A stretch of 64,000 bases of DNA from Desulfobacterales bacterium (lineage in GTDB: Bacteria; Desulfobacterota; Desulfobacteria; Desulfobacterales; UBA5852), in NCBI GenBank assembly GCA_963674755.2, contig CAXXVS010000001.1, positions 480,001-544,000 on the forward strand, read 5' to 3'. The position numbers and the translations under genes are program-made. This document shows positions 38,605 through 48,984 of the stretch, one piece after another; within the stretch, counting starts at the first letter, position 1, and every line of letters begins with the position of its first letter. The notes under the pieces were generated by a model. It ran no database searches. It was not told where the DNA came from and saw only the letters and a list, made by a program, of their open reading frames with translations.

Positions 38605-40680
38605 ATGAGCAAAGTTGAAATCGACGGACGAGACGACGGTCTGGAACTGGCCAAACGCATGGCCGAGGAGGAAGAAGGCATCGGCCGAAGGCCCCGCGGG
38701 CCCATCCGATGGGTGATTCCCACCATTTGCGTGGCCTGGAGTATATTTCAACTTTCCATTGCCAGCTGGCTGATTGTGGACACCACTTTCATCCGCGCCA
38801 TTCACCTGGGGTTCGCCCTATTGGTGGTCTACCTTAATTATCCCATGCTCAAGAAACCGATCTTGGGGCTCAAATACCTGGCAATCAAGGACCGGATTCC
38901 GATTCTCGATTTTGTTCTGGCCGTGGTGGCCTGCTTTTCGGCCCTCTACATCGCCATCGACTTCGAAGGCATGACAATGCGTTTGGGCCAGCCCATTACA
39001 CGGGATATCGTCATCGGCCTTGCGTTGGTATTCCTTCTGCTGGAGGCTTCCCGCCGGGTTATCGGCCCCGCCCTGACGGTAATCGCCGGGGCGTTCATTG
39101 TTTACGCCTTTGCCGGGCCTTACATGCCGGACCTGATCGCCTTCAAGGGCACGTCCATGGGCCGTTTTGTGGGGCAGATGACCATGTCCACGGCAGGGAT
39201 CTATGGCATTCCATTGGATGTGTCCGCCACCATAGTATTCCTGTTCGTTCTGTTCGGCGCCATGCTGGACAAGGCCGGCGCCGGCCAATATTTCATCCGC
39301 CTGGCCTTGAGCCTGTTGGGTGGTTTCAAGGGCGGCCCGGCCAAGGCCGCCGTCATGGGCAGCGGGCTTACCGGCCTGGTGTCCGGCTCCAGTATCGCCA
39401 ATATCGTGACCACCGGGACCTTCACCATTCCTTTGATGAAAAAGGTGGGCTATCCCGCCAAGAAGGCGGCTGCCGTGGAAGTGGCCGCCAGCACGGACGG
39501 CCAGCTGGCCCCCCCCATCATGGGGGCGGCGGCCTTCATTATCGCCGAGTACGTGAACGTCCCTTACGTGGATGTGATCAAAGCGGCCGCCGTCCCGGCG
39601 TTTGCTTCCTATGCCGCTTTGTTTTACATTACCCACATCGAAGCCTCCAAGCTTGGGTTGCGCGGAATTCCGCGCAACGAATTGCCCGCATTTTTCAAAA
39701 CCCTTTTCGCTGGCGCACATTATCTGATACCCATCTCCATGCTGCTCTGGGAGCTGATTGTGGAACGGCACTCCCCTGAATTGGCAGCCTTCAACGCCAT
39801 TTGGGTGATGGCCATTATTATGCTCTTCCAGCGGCCGATTGTCGCCATGAGCCGCAAGGAGCCCCTCGGACCGGCCGTCAAGCAGAGCATTGTGGACATT
39901 TTCGGGGCCTTGGCGAGCGGGGCCCGCAACATGGTGGCCGTGGCGCTGGCCACGGCGGCGGCCGGGATCATCGTCGGTGTAGTGGCCCTGGGCCTGGGGC
40001 AGCTCATCACCGCCATTATCGATACGTTATCGGGAGGCAATATCTATATAATGCTGGTGATTACGGCGTTGGCCAGCCTGATCATCGGCATGGGACTGCC
40101 CACGACGGCCACCTATATCGTCATGGCCTCCCTGACGGCCCCGGCCATTGTCGAGATTGGGGCGTTTAACGATTTTATCGTACCCCTCATGTCGGCCCAT
40201 CTGTTCTGCTTCTACTTCGGCATCCTGGCGGACGACACCCCACCGGTGGGGCTGGCGGCCTATGCGGCCGCCGCCATTGCCAAATCACCCCCCATTGCGA
40301 CCGGCATCCAGGGCTTCATGTATGACATCCGGACGGCGATCCTGCCGTTCATGTTCATCTTCAATAGTGATCTCATTCTGCACAATGTCGATTCATGGCC
40401 CCAGGGGATTTTGATTTTTATCATGGCCTGCATGGGAAACTTCGCCTTTGCATCGGCCACCCAGGGCTGGTTTGTGGCCCGCAATAAAATCTGGGAACTG
40501 CCCCTTCTCCTGTCGGTAACCCTCTCCCTCATGCGGCCGGACCTGATTGCATCGCTCATCGGTATCCCCCATGAGCAGCGCTACTGGACCTATCTCATCG
40601 GTCTTGGGATCTACGGTCTGATTTATATGATGCAGCGGCCCCGTATGCCGAAAGAAGAGCAGGTACTCGTGGCGGCCTGA
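38605..40680 (+). CDS. TRAP transporter fused permease (4TM/12TM)
   Basis: GGPAKAAV, SGSSIAN.VTTG.FTIP.M, PPIMGAAAF, GMGLPTTA.Y, DDTPPV. Confidence 0.95.
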   Translation: MSKVEIDGRDDGLELAKRMAEEEEGIGRRPRGPIRWVIPTICVAWSIFQLSIASWLIVDTTFIRAIHLGFALLVVYLNYPMLKKPILGLKYLAIKDRIPILDFVLAVVACFSALYIAIDFEGMTMRLGQPITRDIVIGLALVFLLLEASRRVIGPALTVIAGAFIVYAFAGPYMPDLIAFKGTSMGRFVGQMTMSTAGIYGIPLDVSATIVFLFVLFGAMLDKAGAGQYFIRLALSLLGGFKGGPAKAAVMGSGLTGLVSGSSIANIVTTGTFTIPLMKKVGYPAKKAAAVEVAASTDGQLAPPIMGAAAFIIAEYVNVPYVDVIKAAAVPAFASYAALFYITHIEASKLGLRGIPRNELPAFFKTLFAGAHYLIPISMLLWELIVERHSPELAAFNAIWVMAIIMLFQRPIVAMSRKEPLGPAVKQSIVDIFGALASGARNMVAVALATAAAGIIVGVVALGLGQLITAIIDTLSGGNIYIMLVITALASLIIGMGLPTTATYIVMASLTAPAIVEIGAFNDFIVPLMSAHLFCFYFGILADDTPPVGLAAYAAAAIAKSPPIATGIQGFMYDIRTAILPFMFIFNSDLILHNVDSWPQGILIFIMACMGNFAFASATQGWFVARNKIWELPLLLSVTLSLMRPDLIASLIGIPHEQRYWTYLIGLGIYGLIYMMQRPRMPKEEQVLVAA

Positions 40681-40762
40681 TGCCAACGCCGTCGATCCTG
40701 CCATGAAGATTTCGCTGGATACCCCGATCCAGGGGAACAACTATTCAACTTAGGACGATTTC

Positions 40763-41260
40763 ATGAAAACCGTTCGTAAAGTTCTCGTGGCCCTGGCGTT
40801 TTCCGACTACGCCAAGGGCACTTATGCGTTTGCCGCCGATTTCGCCCAGGCGACCGGGGCCGAACTGATTGTGGCCAGTGTAATCAATGAACGCGATGTG
40901 GAATCCGTACGGACGATTTCCGCCATGGGCTACGAAGTCGACGGGGAGCACTACGTCGAAGGTATCAAGGCGGACAGGGCGCGCTTATTGGAAGGGATCA
41001 TGTCCGGCAGCGATTTGCCCCGGGAGCGTGTCCGTACTGTATTTGTGCTGGGCCATCCCATCGACGAACTCCTTAAACTGATTGTGCAGGAAGCTGTCGA
41101 TGTGGTGGTCATGGGGCCCAAAGGGCGTACCGATCTGGAACATGTCCTGGTGGGATCGGTGGCCGAAAAGATTTTTCGACGTTCCCCGGCCACAGTCATT
41201 TCCTATCGCGACGGCCAGGTGGCCGAGCGCTATAAACAACGGATCGAAAAGCACCTCTAG
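40763..41260 (+). CDS. Universal stress protein
   Basis: VVMG..G......LVGSVAEK..R. Confidence 0.92.
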   Translation: MKTVRKVLVALAFSDYAKGTYAFAADFAQATGAELIVASVINERDVESVRTISAMGYEVDGEHYVEGIKADRARLLEGIMSGSDLPRERVRTVFVLGHPIDELLKLIVQEAVDVVVMGPKGRTDLEHVLVGSVAEKIFRRSPATVISYRDGQVAERYKQRIEKHL

Positions 41261-41344
41261 CCCCTGCGCCCACCGGCCTGTCCCGGACGTCGACCTGTTC
41301 CCCGGGGTCGACGACAGACCACCTATTTTCCCAAGGAGGGTTCT

Positions 41345-41833
41345 ATGGCCCGCATGCTTCCAATCGTTCCGATATCCTTTTGGATTGGCATGGTGCTGCT
41401 CCTGGCGGGCGCCGCTGTCGCCGGTGAGCGGTTTGCCGACAACGGCGACGGAACCGTAACGGATCACAAAAACCGATTGATGTGGGCGCGTGCCGACAAC
41501 CAGGGCGATATCGACTGGAAACAGGCCGATCGCTGGATCCGCTTTACCTTCCCCGATACGATTCAGGGCCGTTACGATGACTGGCGCCTGCCCACCCTGG
41601 CAGAGTTGCAAACGCTCTATGTCCGGGATACCGCCTATGACGGCTACGAGACCGACTGCGGCCAGGTGGTGCGTATCGCCCCTCAGATCCGCCTGAGTTG
41701 CGGATGGGTCTGGGCTGCGGATACCCAGCTGATTACGGCCGCTGTTTTCAACTTCCAGCGAGGCATTCATTACACGGACCGCATGGTCCATTTTCGTGGA
41801 TATCGTGCGTTGGCGGTCCGCGATATCGATTAA
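41345..41833 (+). CDS. DUF1566 (Lcl C-terminal) domain exported protein
   Basis: DNGDGTVTD....LMW, DWRLPT..EL..L. Confidence 0.88.
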   Translation: MARMLPIVPISFWIGMVLLLAGAAVAGERFADNGDGTVTDHKNRLMWARADNQGDIDWKQADRWIRFTFPDTIQGRYDDWRLPTLAELQTLYVRDTAYDGYETDCGQVVRIAPQIRLSCGWVWAADTQLITAAVFNFQRGIHYTDRMVHFRGYRALAVRDID

Positions 41834-41934
41834 CCGGGCTGCCGCTCAAGGCCTGTGCCGCAAAGGGTTCGGCAGCCGGACCGCCACCGTTTCCCCGCAT
41901 CAGGAAAAGCCCGGCTCCCGAAGCTTTCACAGGG

Positions 41935-41962
41935 TTGACAAACGACCGCTCAAACCTATCTT
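41935..41962 (+). promoter_or_regulatory. Candidate sigma-70 promoter of htpG
   Basis: TTGACA-N16-TATCTT. Confidence 0.5.
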
Positions 41963-42148
41963 ATATGCCGAAATAAAAGGGCTTTTGCCTGCCATTACGT
42001 CTCCTGCACAGCGGGGGGCGTCTTTTTTGGCGGGCGGGAGAGGCTATCCGTTTGCGCTCCGGCAACCCGGTGCCTCCACGTGGTGCGGCACCATGCGAAC
42101 GTCGGGGTCATCCTACTCATTACCAGGCAAGGAGACGGTAAAATCACA

Positions 42149-44083
42149 ATGACAGTGCGCAAAGAAACACGACAATTCCAGACCGAAGTTCAACAAATCC
42201 TCAAGCTGATCATCAATTCCCTTTACTCCAACCGGGACATCTTCCTGCGGGAGCTCATTTCCAATGCTTCCGACGCCATCGACAAGCTGCGCTTCAAAGC
42301 CCAGACCCAACCCGACCTTCTGGGGGATGACGGTGATTTAAAGATCAAGATCGTGCGGGACGGCATCAAGCGCACCCTGGAGATTGCCGACAACGGGATC
42401 GGCATGACCTACGACGAAGTCAATGAAAACATCGGCACCATTGCCAAAAGCGGGACGGCGGCATTTCTGGAGGCCATGGAAACGCTGCAACAGAAGGATG
42501 CGCCCCTGACACCGGAATTGATCGGGCAGTTCGGCGTAGGCTTCTACAGCGCTTTTATCGTGGCGGACAAGGTCACTCTGATTACCCGGGCGGCCGGCGA
42601 AGACAGCGCCACGCGCTGGGAATCCACCGGCGACGGGGCCTATACCGTCGAAGAGACCACCAAACCCGAGCGCGGGACCCGCATCATCCTCGAACTGTGC
42701 AAGCCCGAAAAGGATGAACCGGACTACACCGACGAATGGACGATCCGGCGCATTATCAAGAAGCACTCGGATTTCGTGGGCTACCCGATTGTAATGGACG
42801 TCGAAAAACAGGAGCCCATCCCCGAGGAAGAGCAGATTCTGGACGGTGACGGCAAGCCCGTGGGCGAGACCACCCGCACGGTGGAGCGGGAAGAGACGCT
42901 GAACTCCATGAAAGCCATCTGGGCCCGCAATAAGAACGAGGTCAGCGAAGAAGAATACAAAGAGTTCTACACCCACATCAGCCATGACTGGAATCCACCC
43001 CTCAAGCACCTGCATGTCAAACTGGAGGGGACCACCGAATATACGGCCCTGCTCTATCTGCCGTCCAAGGCCCCCTTCGACCTGTTCCAGCCCGAGCACA
43101 AGCACGGCGTTCATTTGTACAGCCGGCGGGTGTTCATCATGGACGATTGCCGGGAGCTCCTGCCCGAGTACTTCGGCTTCGTGAAGGGGGTCGTGGACGC
43201 TCCGGATCTCAATTTGAATATCAGCCGCGAGATCCTCCAGCAGGACCGCCTGGTACTCAATATCCGCAAGAATCTCATCAAGAAGCTTTTCGATCTCCTG
43301 AACGGTCTGGAGAAGGAGGAGTACGACAAGTTTTATGACGAGTTCGGCGCTATTCTCAAAATCGGCATATACACGGATCCCGCCAACCAGACGAAACTGG
43401 CGGATCTGGCGCGTTTCAAGACCACGACCTCCGACGGGGCCTGGGTAGCGCTGAAGGATTACGTGGCACGCATGCCCGCGGAGCAGAAGGACATCTACTA
43501 CCTCACCGGGGACAGCCCGGCCACCCTGCTCAACAGCCCGCACCTGGAACGCCTCAAGGCCAAAAACTTCGAGGTGCTGCTGATGACCGATCCCGTGGAC
43601 GAATGGGTCGTGCAGTCCCTGACGGCGTATGACGGCAAAGCCCTCAAGAGTGCCGAGAAGGGGGATCTGGATATCGATGGCGCGGACGCCAAGGAAAAAG
43701 ACGAGCAGTACAAGGATCTCTTCGGTTTCATTCGCAAGACGCTGCAGGATGAGATCAAGGAGGTCAAGCCGTCTTCACGCCTCCTGGACTCCGTGGCCTG
43801 CCTGTCCGGGGAGGACGGCGATATGAGCGGCTACATGGCGAAGATCCTGAAATCGACGGGCCAGGAAATGCCCAAAACCAAGCGTGTCCTGGAACTCAAC
43901 ACCGCGCATCCGGTGCTGCTCAAGATCAAACAGATTTACGACCAGGACCAGAGCGATGCCCGCCTGGAACCCTACAGCCAGCTGCTCTACGACCTGGCGG
44001 TGATCGGGGAGGGCGGCAAGCTGGACAATCCCTCCCACTTTGGCAAGATGATCGGGGAGATGATGGAAGCCGCGCTGGCCTAG
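42149..44083 (+). CDS. htpG: Molecular chaperone HtpG (Hsp90)
   Basis: [43 protein letters not shown]. Confidence 0.97.
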   Translation: MTVRKETRQFQTEVQQILKLIINSLYSNRDIFLRELISNASDAIDKLRFKAQTQPDLLGDDGDLKIKIVRDGIKRTLEIADNGIGMTYDEVNENIGTIAKSGTAAFLEAMETLQQKDAPLTPELIGQFGVGFYSAFIVADKVTLITRAAGEDSATRWESTGDGAYTVEETTKPERGTRIILELCKPEKDEPDYTDEWTIRRIIKKHSDFVGYPIVMDVEKQEPIPEEEQILDGDGKPVGETTRTVEREETLNSMKAIWARNKNEVSEEEYKEFYTHISHDWNPPLKHLHVKLEGTTEYTALLYLPSKAPFDLFQPEHKHGVHLYSRRVFIMDDCRELLPEYFGFVKGVVDAPDLNLNISREILQQDRLVLNIRKNLIKKLFDLLNGLEKEEYDKFYDEFGAILKIGIYTDPANQTKLADLARFKTTTSDGAWVALKDYVARMPAEQKDIYYLTGDSPATLLNSPHLERLKAKNFEVLLMTDPVDEWVVQSLTAYDGKALKSAEKGDLDIDGADAKEKDEQYKDLFGFIRKTLQDEIKEVKPSSRLLDSVACLSGEDGDMSGYMAKILKSTGQEMPKTKRVLELNTAHPVLLKIKQIYDQDQSDARLEPYSQLLYDLAVIGEGGKLDNPSHFGKMIGEMMEAALA

Positions 44084-44116
44084 CCCTATCCCGGTTATCA
44101 TGATGGGCTGGTTCAG

Positions 44117-44156
44117 CCCGCCGGGCGACCCCGCGAAAGGCGGGGGCCCGGCGGGC
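44117..44156. terminator. GC-rich hairpin between convergent htpG and dodecin genes
   Basis: GCCCGCCGGGC...GCCCGGCGGGC stem. Confidence 0.55.
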
Positions 44157-44164
44157 GTTGTGCT

Positions 44165-44374
44165 TCAGGCCTCGTATTTAAAGGAGAGACTGACGCGCGC
44201 CCGATAAGCCGTTACCTTGCCGTTTTCGATTTTCATATCCAGTTTGGAAATTTCCGCCACGCGCAGATCGCGCAGATTGCTCCCGGCCGTTTCCACTGCG
44301 GCGCGGGCCGCATCTTCCCAGGACTTCGTGCTTGTCCCCACCAGATCGATAACCTTGTAAATGCTCTCCGCCAT
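44165..44374 (-). CDS. Dodecin family protein
   Basis: YKVIDLVGTS..SWEDA...A, YRARV.LSFK. Confidence 0.93.
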   Translation of the reverse strand: MAESIYKVIDLVGTSTKSWEDAARAAVETAGSNLRDLRVAEISKLDMKIENGKVTAYRARVSLSFKYEA

Positions 44375-44696
44375 GGTGTGCCTCCTTTGGTTCGGGTGTT
44401 GAGGGTGGGAGGGCCTCTATATCTTTCGGTGCCGGTTTGGGGTTTCCCGTTTTCGCGATGGAAACGAGATCGGAATGATGCGCAGGGGCAGATGGGGTTT
44501 CAGATCAACAGCGGCGTGGCGGTGCGGGGTAAAGCAGCAAACGGCCAAGTCAGTTGGCGGTCGTTATGGGCGGTAGCCGATAGAAAGGCCCGGATGAGAT
44601 GGTTTCCCAAAACGTCCTTAGCGGGGAACGGACGTCTTGTCAAGAAAATGACGATCGCTGGAGAGGGGCGTCGGAAGGCCGATTCGACCGGGCGGC

Positions 44697-44873
44697 TTAG
44701 CGGGATCCGGCGTAGATCTGCTGCCGTCTCTGGAAGCGGTCCCGGCCCAGGGATTTGCGGACGCCCACCACGAAGTGCGATCGTTCTTCATTCAGCGTGG
44801 CGCGGGGGCTCCCGTCGGCGATGATCCGAACGCCCCGGTCCTCGGGGGTATACGTTGCCGTGTGGGCGCTCAC
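44697..44873 (-). CDS. Possible 58-aa protein translationally coupled to the ECF sigma gene
   Basis: GTG start overlapping the sigma TGA (GTGA) with GGAGG upstream; below the ORF-track cutoff. Confidence 0.3.
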   Translation of the reverse strand: MSAHTATYTPEDRGVRIIADGSPRATLNEERSHFVVGVRKSLGRDRFQRRQQIYAGSR

Positions 44874-45487
44874 GGTTGGACCTCCTTGATATAGGCACGA
44901 AACGCCTGGTCGTTCTTGAATTTTCCCAAGGCCCGATACAAGTGTGTTTTGACCGTGCTTTCACTTTTGTGGAGGACCTCCGCAATTTCCTTTAGGCCGA
45001 GATCGTCCAGAAATCGCAATAAAAAGACTTCCTTCTCCATTTTGGAGAGTCGCGTCAGCATGGTCTCCACCTTTTGCCAGAACTCTTTGCGAACGATGGC
45101 ATCCATGGTGTCGCTTTCCCGCTCCGCCGGGGGATCCGCTTCGCTTTCGCCGTCCGTGTCGTGCAGGACACTGAACAGGGATCTGAATTTCTGGCGACGG
45201 TGGTGGTCGTTCACGCGGTTGACCGCGATCCGGAACAGCCAACTGGCGAAGCGCTCCGGTTCCTTGAGCTTCTTCAGGCTCCGGTAGGCCTGGAGGAACA
45301 CATCCTGGCAGATATCTTCAGCATCTTCCCGCGAGCGGGTGCGGTAAAAAATCATGCGAAAAACCCTGGGTTCCAGCTGCGTCACCAATTGCTGAAAGGC
45401 AAAGCGATTGCCGTCGCGGGCCTCCGCGGCAAGCCGGCTGACATCGGGATCGTGATCTGGGGGCTGGGCTGATGGGGTTTCGGCCAT
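44870..45487 (-). CDS. ECF RNA polymerase sigma factor
   Basis: DAEDICQDVFL, F.SWLFRIAVN, EIAEVL..SESTVKTHLYRA. Confidence 0.93.
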   Translation of the reverse strand: MAETPSAQPPDHDPDVSRLAAEARDGNRFAFQQLVTQLEPRVFRMIFYRTRSREDAEDICQDVFLQAYRSLKKLKEPERFASWLFRIAVNRVNDHHRRQKFRSLFSVLHDTDGESEADPPAERESDTMDAIVRKEFWQKVETMLTRLSKMEKEVFLLRFLDDLGLKEIAEVLHKSESTVKTHLYRALGKFKNDQAFRAYIKEVQP

Positions 45488-45603
45488 GGTGCATCTTAAC
45501 CGTTCCGATCAAACCTGTCCACAAGCGGGCGGCTTGCCGCAGTCTCGCCGCCTGGCTGCCGGCCGCTGCCATCGCCCGGCAGCGGTCGGCGTCCGAAGGG
45601 GCA

Positions 45604-45972
45604 TCAACGCCGCGCGAAGGCGTGGTGACCGCGACGGCAGGCCCGGGGCGGTTCCATCCGGTGCTGGTTGTGTTTATAGCGGTCGATCTGGTCGCTGGCG
45701 CGCGCCAAGTAGACCAGCAGGATGCGCCCTTCCTTGTGGGATAAATGTCCATCGGCCATGGCGTAACGGGTCATCTGGCGCAGCTTGCGCTGGTCCTGAT
45801 AAAGCGTTTCCGCTTCCCGGGGGGTAATCTGGCCACGGGCAATGCCTTGCCGGATCCGTTGCGCCTGCTGCTGCTGACGATCCGAAAAATAATCGGCGCT
45901 GGCGGTTGATACCATTCCCAAAACGGCGGTCAACAGGATGGCGGTGATGACGATGGTGGCTTTCGTTTTCAT
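45604..45972 (-). CDS. Exported helical hypothetical protein
   Basis: Signal peptide; Q..RI.QG...GQIT.REA..L and ADG.LS..E motifs; AAGGAGG RBS. Confidence 0.8.
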   Translation of the reverse strand: MKTKATIVITAILLTAVLGMVSTASADYFSDRQQQQAQRIRQGIARGQITPREAETLYQDQRKLRQMTRYAMADGHLSHKEGRILLVYLARASDQIDRYKHNQHRMEPPRACRRGHHAFARR

Positions 45973-46073
45973 GGGATGTCCTCCTTAAGGGTTGGTATTT
46001 GTCAGGTAAGACGTGCGGGGGAGGAATTTGGTCGACAAGGGGGCACCCGGTTGCGGCCGGGTTTGAAAAATGA

Positions 46074-46101
46074 AGGGGCGGTCCCGTCGGGAACCGCCCC
46101 T
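46074..46101 (-). terminator. Terminator downstream of the acyl-CoA ligase
   Basis: GGGGCGGT.CC/GG.ACCGCCCC stem followed by TTCATTTTT on the minus strand. Confidence 0.6.
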
Positions 46102-46217
46102 GGTTAGGTCGTTAAGGAGGATCGCGGATGCCAATCCGCTTTCCAAACCTTATACTAAGATATCATTTGGATTCGTCAACAGGCTGCGATCCGGAATCGC
46201 TCCGGGCCGTCCACCCG

Positions 46218-48011
46218 CTAGTCCTCCGGATACATGGTATCGATTTCCGCGGCGAAGCGTCGGGCGATGACCTTGCGGCGGATTTTCTGGGTCGGTGTGA
46301 CTTCCCCCTCCTCTTGGGAAAACTCCCGGGGCAGCAAGGTAAAGGCTTTGATGGTTTCGAAACCGGCCAGTTCGCCGGATTGCTGATCGATGCGCTCCCG
46401 AAAGAAGCGGATGATGTCCGGATGTTTAACCAGTTCTTCCCGGGATCGGAAAGGAATGCCCTTTTCCCGGGCCAGCGTTTCGACGACCTCGAAGGAAGGC
46501 ACGATCAAGGCGCTGACGTATTTGCGGCGGTCGCCGATGGTGGCGATCTGTTCGATATAGTGGTCTTTGCCCACCGCGGTTTCGATGTGCTGGGGCGCAA
46601 TATTTTTCCCGCCCGAGGTGATGATCAGATCCTTGATGCGATCGGTGATGACCAAAAAGCCGTCGCCGTCGATCCGGCCTACATCGCCGGTGCGAAACCA
46701 GCCGTCGTCAAAAGCCGCGGCGGTGGCCTCCGGGTTGTTGTAGTAACCCAGCATGACGTTGGGACCCTTAACCTGGACTTCGTCGTTGGGCCCGATGCGG
46801 ACCCGGCAGCCCGGGACCGGCCGGCCGACCGTACCGAATTTGAAGTGCGGGGGGGTGTTGTAGCTGATCATGGGGGCAGTTTCCGTCAGACCGTAGCCCT
46901 GACAGACCAGCAGGCCCACATCCAGAAAGAAATCTTCGATCTCCTTGGCCAGGGGCGCACCTCCGGCCGAGAAGAAATTTTTATCGCCGCCCACGATGGC
47001 GCGGATCTTGCGCAGCACCAGCCGGTCGGCCAGCCGGTACTTGAAGGCTAGAATGCCTCCGGGCTTTCGATCGGCGCGCCGGGCATCCGCCCGCTGCCGA
47101 CCGATGGCAATCGCCCAGCTAAACAGATGCCGGCGCAGTGGGGGCGCCTTCTCAAGGCGGTCCATGATGGCGGCATGGACTTTTTCATAAAGGCGCGGCA
47201 CGCTGACCATGACGGTCGGTTGGACCTCGCCTAACGCCTGGAGGACCTCGCGGGGGTTTCTAATATAGTGGTTCTGGGCGCCCTGGTGGAAAACGAGATA
47301 GGACCAGCTGCGCTCATAGACATGGCTGAGGGGCAGAAAGCATAGGGAACGGTCCTCCGGGCGCACCTGGAAATGGGCATTCACGGCATCGATCTGGTGG
47401 AAGAAGCTCCCGTGGCTGAGCATCACCCCCTTGGGGTCGCCCGTGGTGCCGGAGGTATAGATGATGCTGGCCAGATGTCGGGACGTGTCGCAGGCCGGCC
47501 GTTCGGCGGGCAGGGTTTCATCCCGGGATGAGGGCGATGACGCCAGCAGGTCGCTGAAGGTTTGGGTGCGGTCCCCGTCTGCCGAAGGGGTGTCCGCTGC
47601 GTCGAAGCGGATGATATGGTCCAGCGGACCGTGGCGGTCGGCGAAAGAAGTTATTTTGGCGTACTGGGTTCCATCGCCCACAAAAAGGACCTTTATGCCG
47701 GCGTCGCGTACGATATATTCGGCCTGGCCGGCCGTATTGGTGGCATAAATCGGCACGGTAACAGCATCCACCGTCAGGATCCCGAAATCGGCGATGGCCC
47801 ATTCCGCGCAGTTCTGGGAAAAGATGCCCACCCGGTCCCCGGCCCTGACGCCCATGGCGGTGAGGGCCGCTGCGATGCGCCGGATCCGCTGGCCGAGTTC
47901 CCCATAGGTGATGGCCTGCCAGGCACCATTCGATTTATAGCGCATGGCCACCCGGTCGGCATGGCGGCGGCAGCTTTGGGCGATCATATCGGCGAGATGG
48001 CGCTGTTCCAT
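46218..48011 (-). CDS. Long-chain fatty acid-CoA ligase (FadD15/AMP-dependent family)
   Basis: YTSGTTGDPKGVMLSH, QGYGLTE, GWFRTGD.G, DRIKDLIITSGGKN. Confidence 0.93.
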   Translation of the reverse strand: MEQRHLADMIAQSCRRHADRVAMRYKSNGAWQAITYGELGQRIRRIAAALTAMGVRAGDRVGIFSQNCAEWAIADFGILTVDAVTVPIYATNTAGQAEYIVRDAGIKVLFVGDGTQYAKITSFADRHGPLDHIIRFDAADTPSADGDRTQTFSDLLASSPSSRDETLPAERPACDTSRHLASIIYTSGTTGDPKGVMLSHGSFFHQIDAVNAHFQVRPEDRSLCFLPLSHVYERSWSYLVFHQGAQNHYIRNPREVLQALGEVQPTVMVSVPRLYEKVHAAIMDRLEKAPPLRRHLFSWAIAIGRQRADARRADRKPGGILAFKYRLADRLVLRKIRAIVGGDKNFFSAGGAPLAKEIEDFFLDVGLLVCQGYGLTETAPMISYNTPPHFKFGTVGRPVPGCRVRIGPNDEVQVKGPNVMLGYYNNPEATAAAFDDGWFRTGDVGRIDGDGFLVITDRIKDLIITSGGKNIAPQHIETAVGKDHYIEQIATIGDRRKYVSALIVPSFEVVETLAREKGIPFRSREELVKHPDIIRFFRERIDQQSGELAGFETIKAFTLLPREFSQEEGEVTPTQKIRRKVIARRFAAEIDTMYPED

Positions 48012-48168
48012 GGCCAGTGTCCCCCTGTCGGTGAAAGCTTTTGTAAAGCGTGTCTGTCTTGCAGCCAAAGCCATACCACAGGCCGGGCGGCAGTCCAACA
48101 TCAATTTAAGTGAATACTATACGGTATGGCGGGCCGTCCGATAGACGGATGAAGGCGGCGTGCCGCGG

Positions 48169-48930
48169 TCAGGACACCATGGCGAAGGCGTAACCGGGAA
48201 AAAGCAGATGGGTGGCGAGGGAAAGGGAGGGAACGGGACACCCATCGTGGAAAATGGTGTCGTCCAGGATTTCCACCCGTTTGAGGCTTTCGTGGAACCC
48301 CAGACCGATATACTTGAGGTAGGCTTCCTTGGCGGTCCAAGACCGAAAGAGGGTGGCATCGTCCCGGGATTCGAGGGCTTGGACCTCCCGGGCGCTGAAA
48401 GCGGTGCGCAGGAGCGTTGACCGGTTCTCCGGTCGAATCTGTTCCAGATCCACCCCCAGGAGGCAGGCGGGCGCGAGCCCCATCCCGGCCACGGCAAAGT
48501 TCCCGGAGTGTGAAATGGAAAGACACAGGGCGGGGTCATCGCTGAAATAGGGGGCGCCTTTTTGCCGGTAGGCCACCCGGGTGTGGTCGAGGGGGGGGCG
48601 ATGTGGCCGGAAGTGTGCCGCCAGTTGCTTGGCCGCATAGCGCCCGGCGATCCATTCCACCTGTTTTTTGAGGGCTTTGAAACCATTCAGGAGGATCAAT
48701 TCATCCGACCCCAGGAAACACTCATGGAAATCCTGCGGTACAAAAACGCGCGGCGGCGCCGTGCGAAAGGCGCTTCCGACGGCAACCTTCAAAACGTTGT
48801 GCAATAAAGCGGGGATCGATACGAAGGCCAGGCGGTAACCCGGGCCGGGTCGTCGAAAACTGAGTACGGCGTCAGGTTCCGGCCCTTGGCTAAGGGGGGG
48901 GATGGGTGCGGTCATATGGGTATTCGACAT
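48169..48930 (-). CDS. 4'-phosphopantetheinyl transferase (Sfp-type)
   Basis: AGRYAAK, G.P, SISHS, GVDLE, WTAKEAYLK motifs. Confidence 0.9.
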   Translation of the reverse strand: MSNTHMTAPIPPLSQGPEPDAVLSFRRPGPGYRLAFVSIPALLHNVLKVAVGSAFRTAPPRVFVPQDFHECFLGSDELILLNGFKALKKQVEWIAGRYAAKQLAAHFRPHRPPLDHTRVAYRQKGAPYFSDDPALCLSISHSGNFAVAGMGLAPACLLGVDLEQIRPENRSTLLRTAFSAREVQALESRDDATLFRSWTAKEAYLKYIGLGFHESLKRVEILDDTIFHDGCPVPSLSLATHLLFPGYAFAMVS

Positions 48931-48984
48931 GACCGACGACCGGCCGAGACACATGCTCCGACCGGCCGTCGGCCTTCTATCCTT

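Noticed and set aside
48101..48171. Selenocysteine or readthrough at the PPTase TGA
   Set aside because: The domain appears complete at the stop, and no SECIS-like element is recognisable.
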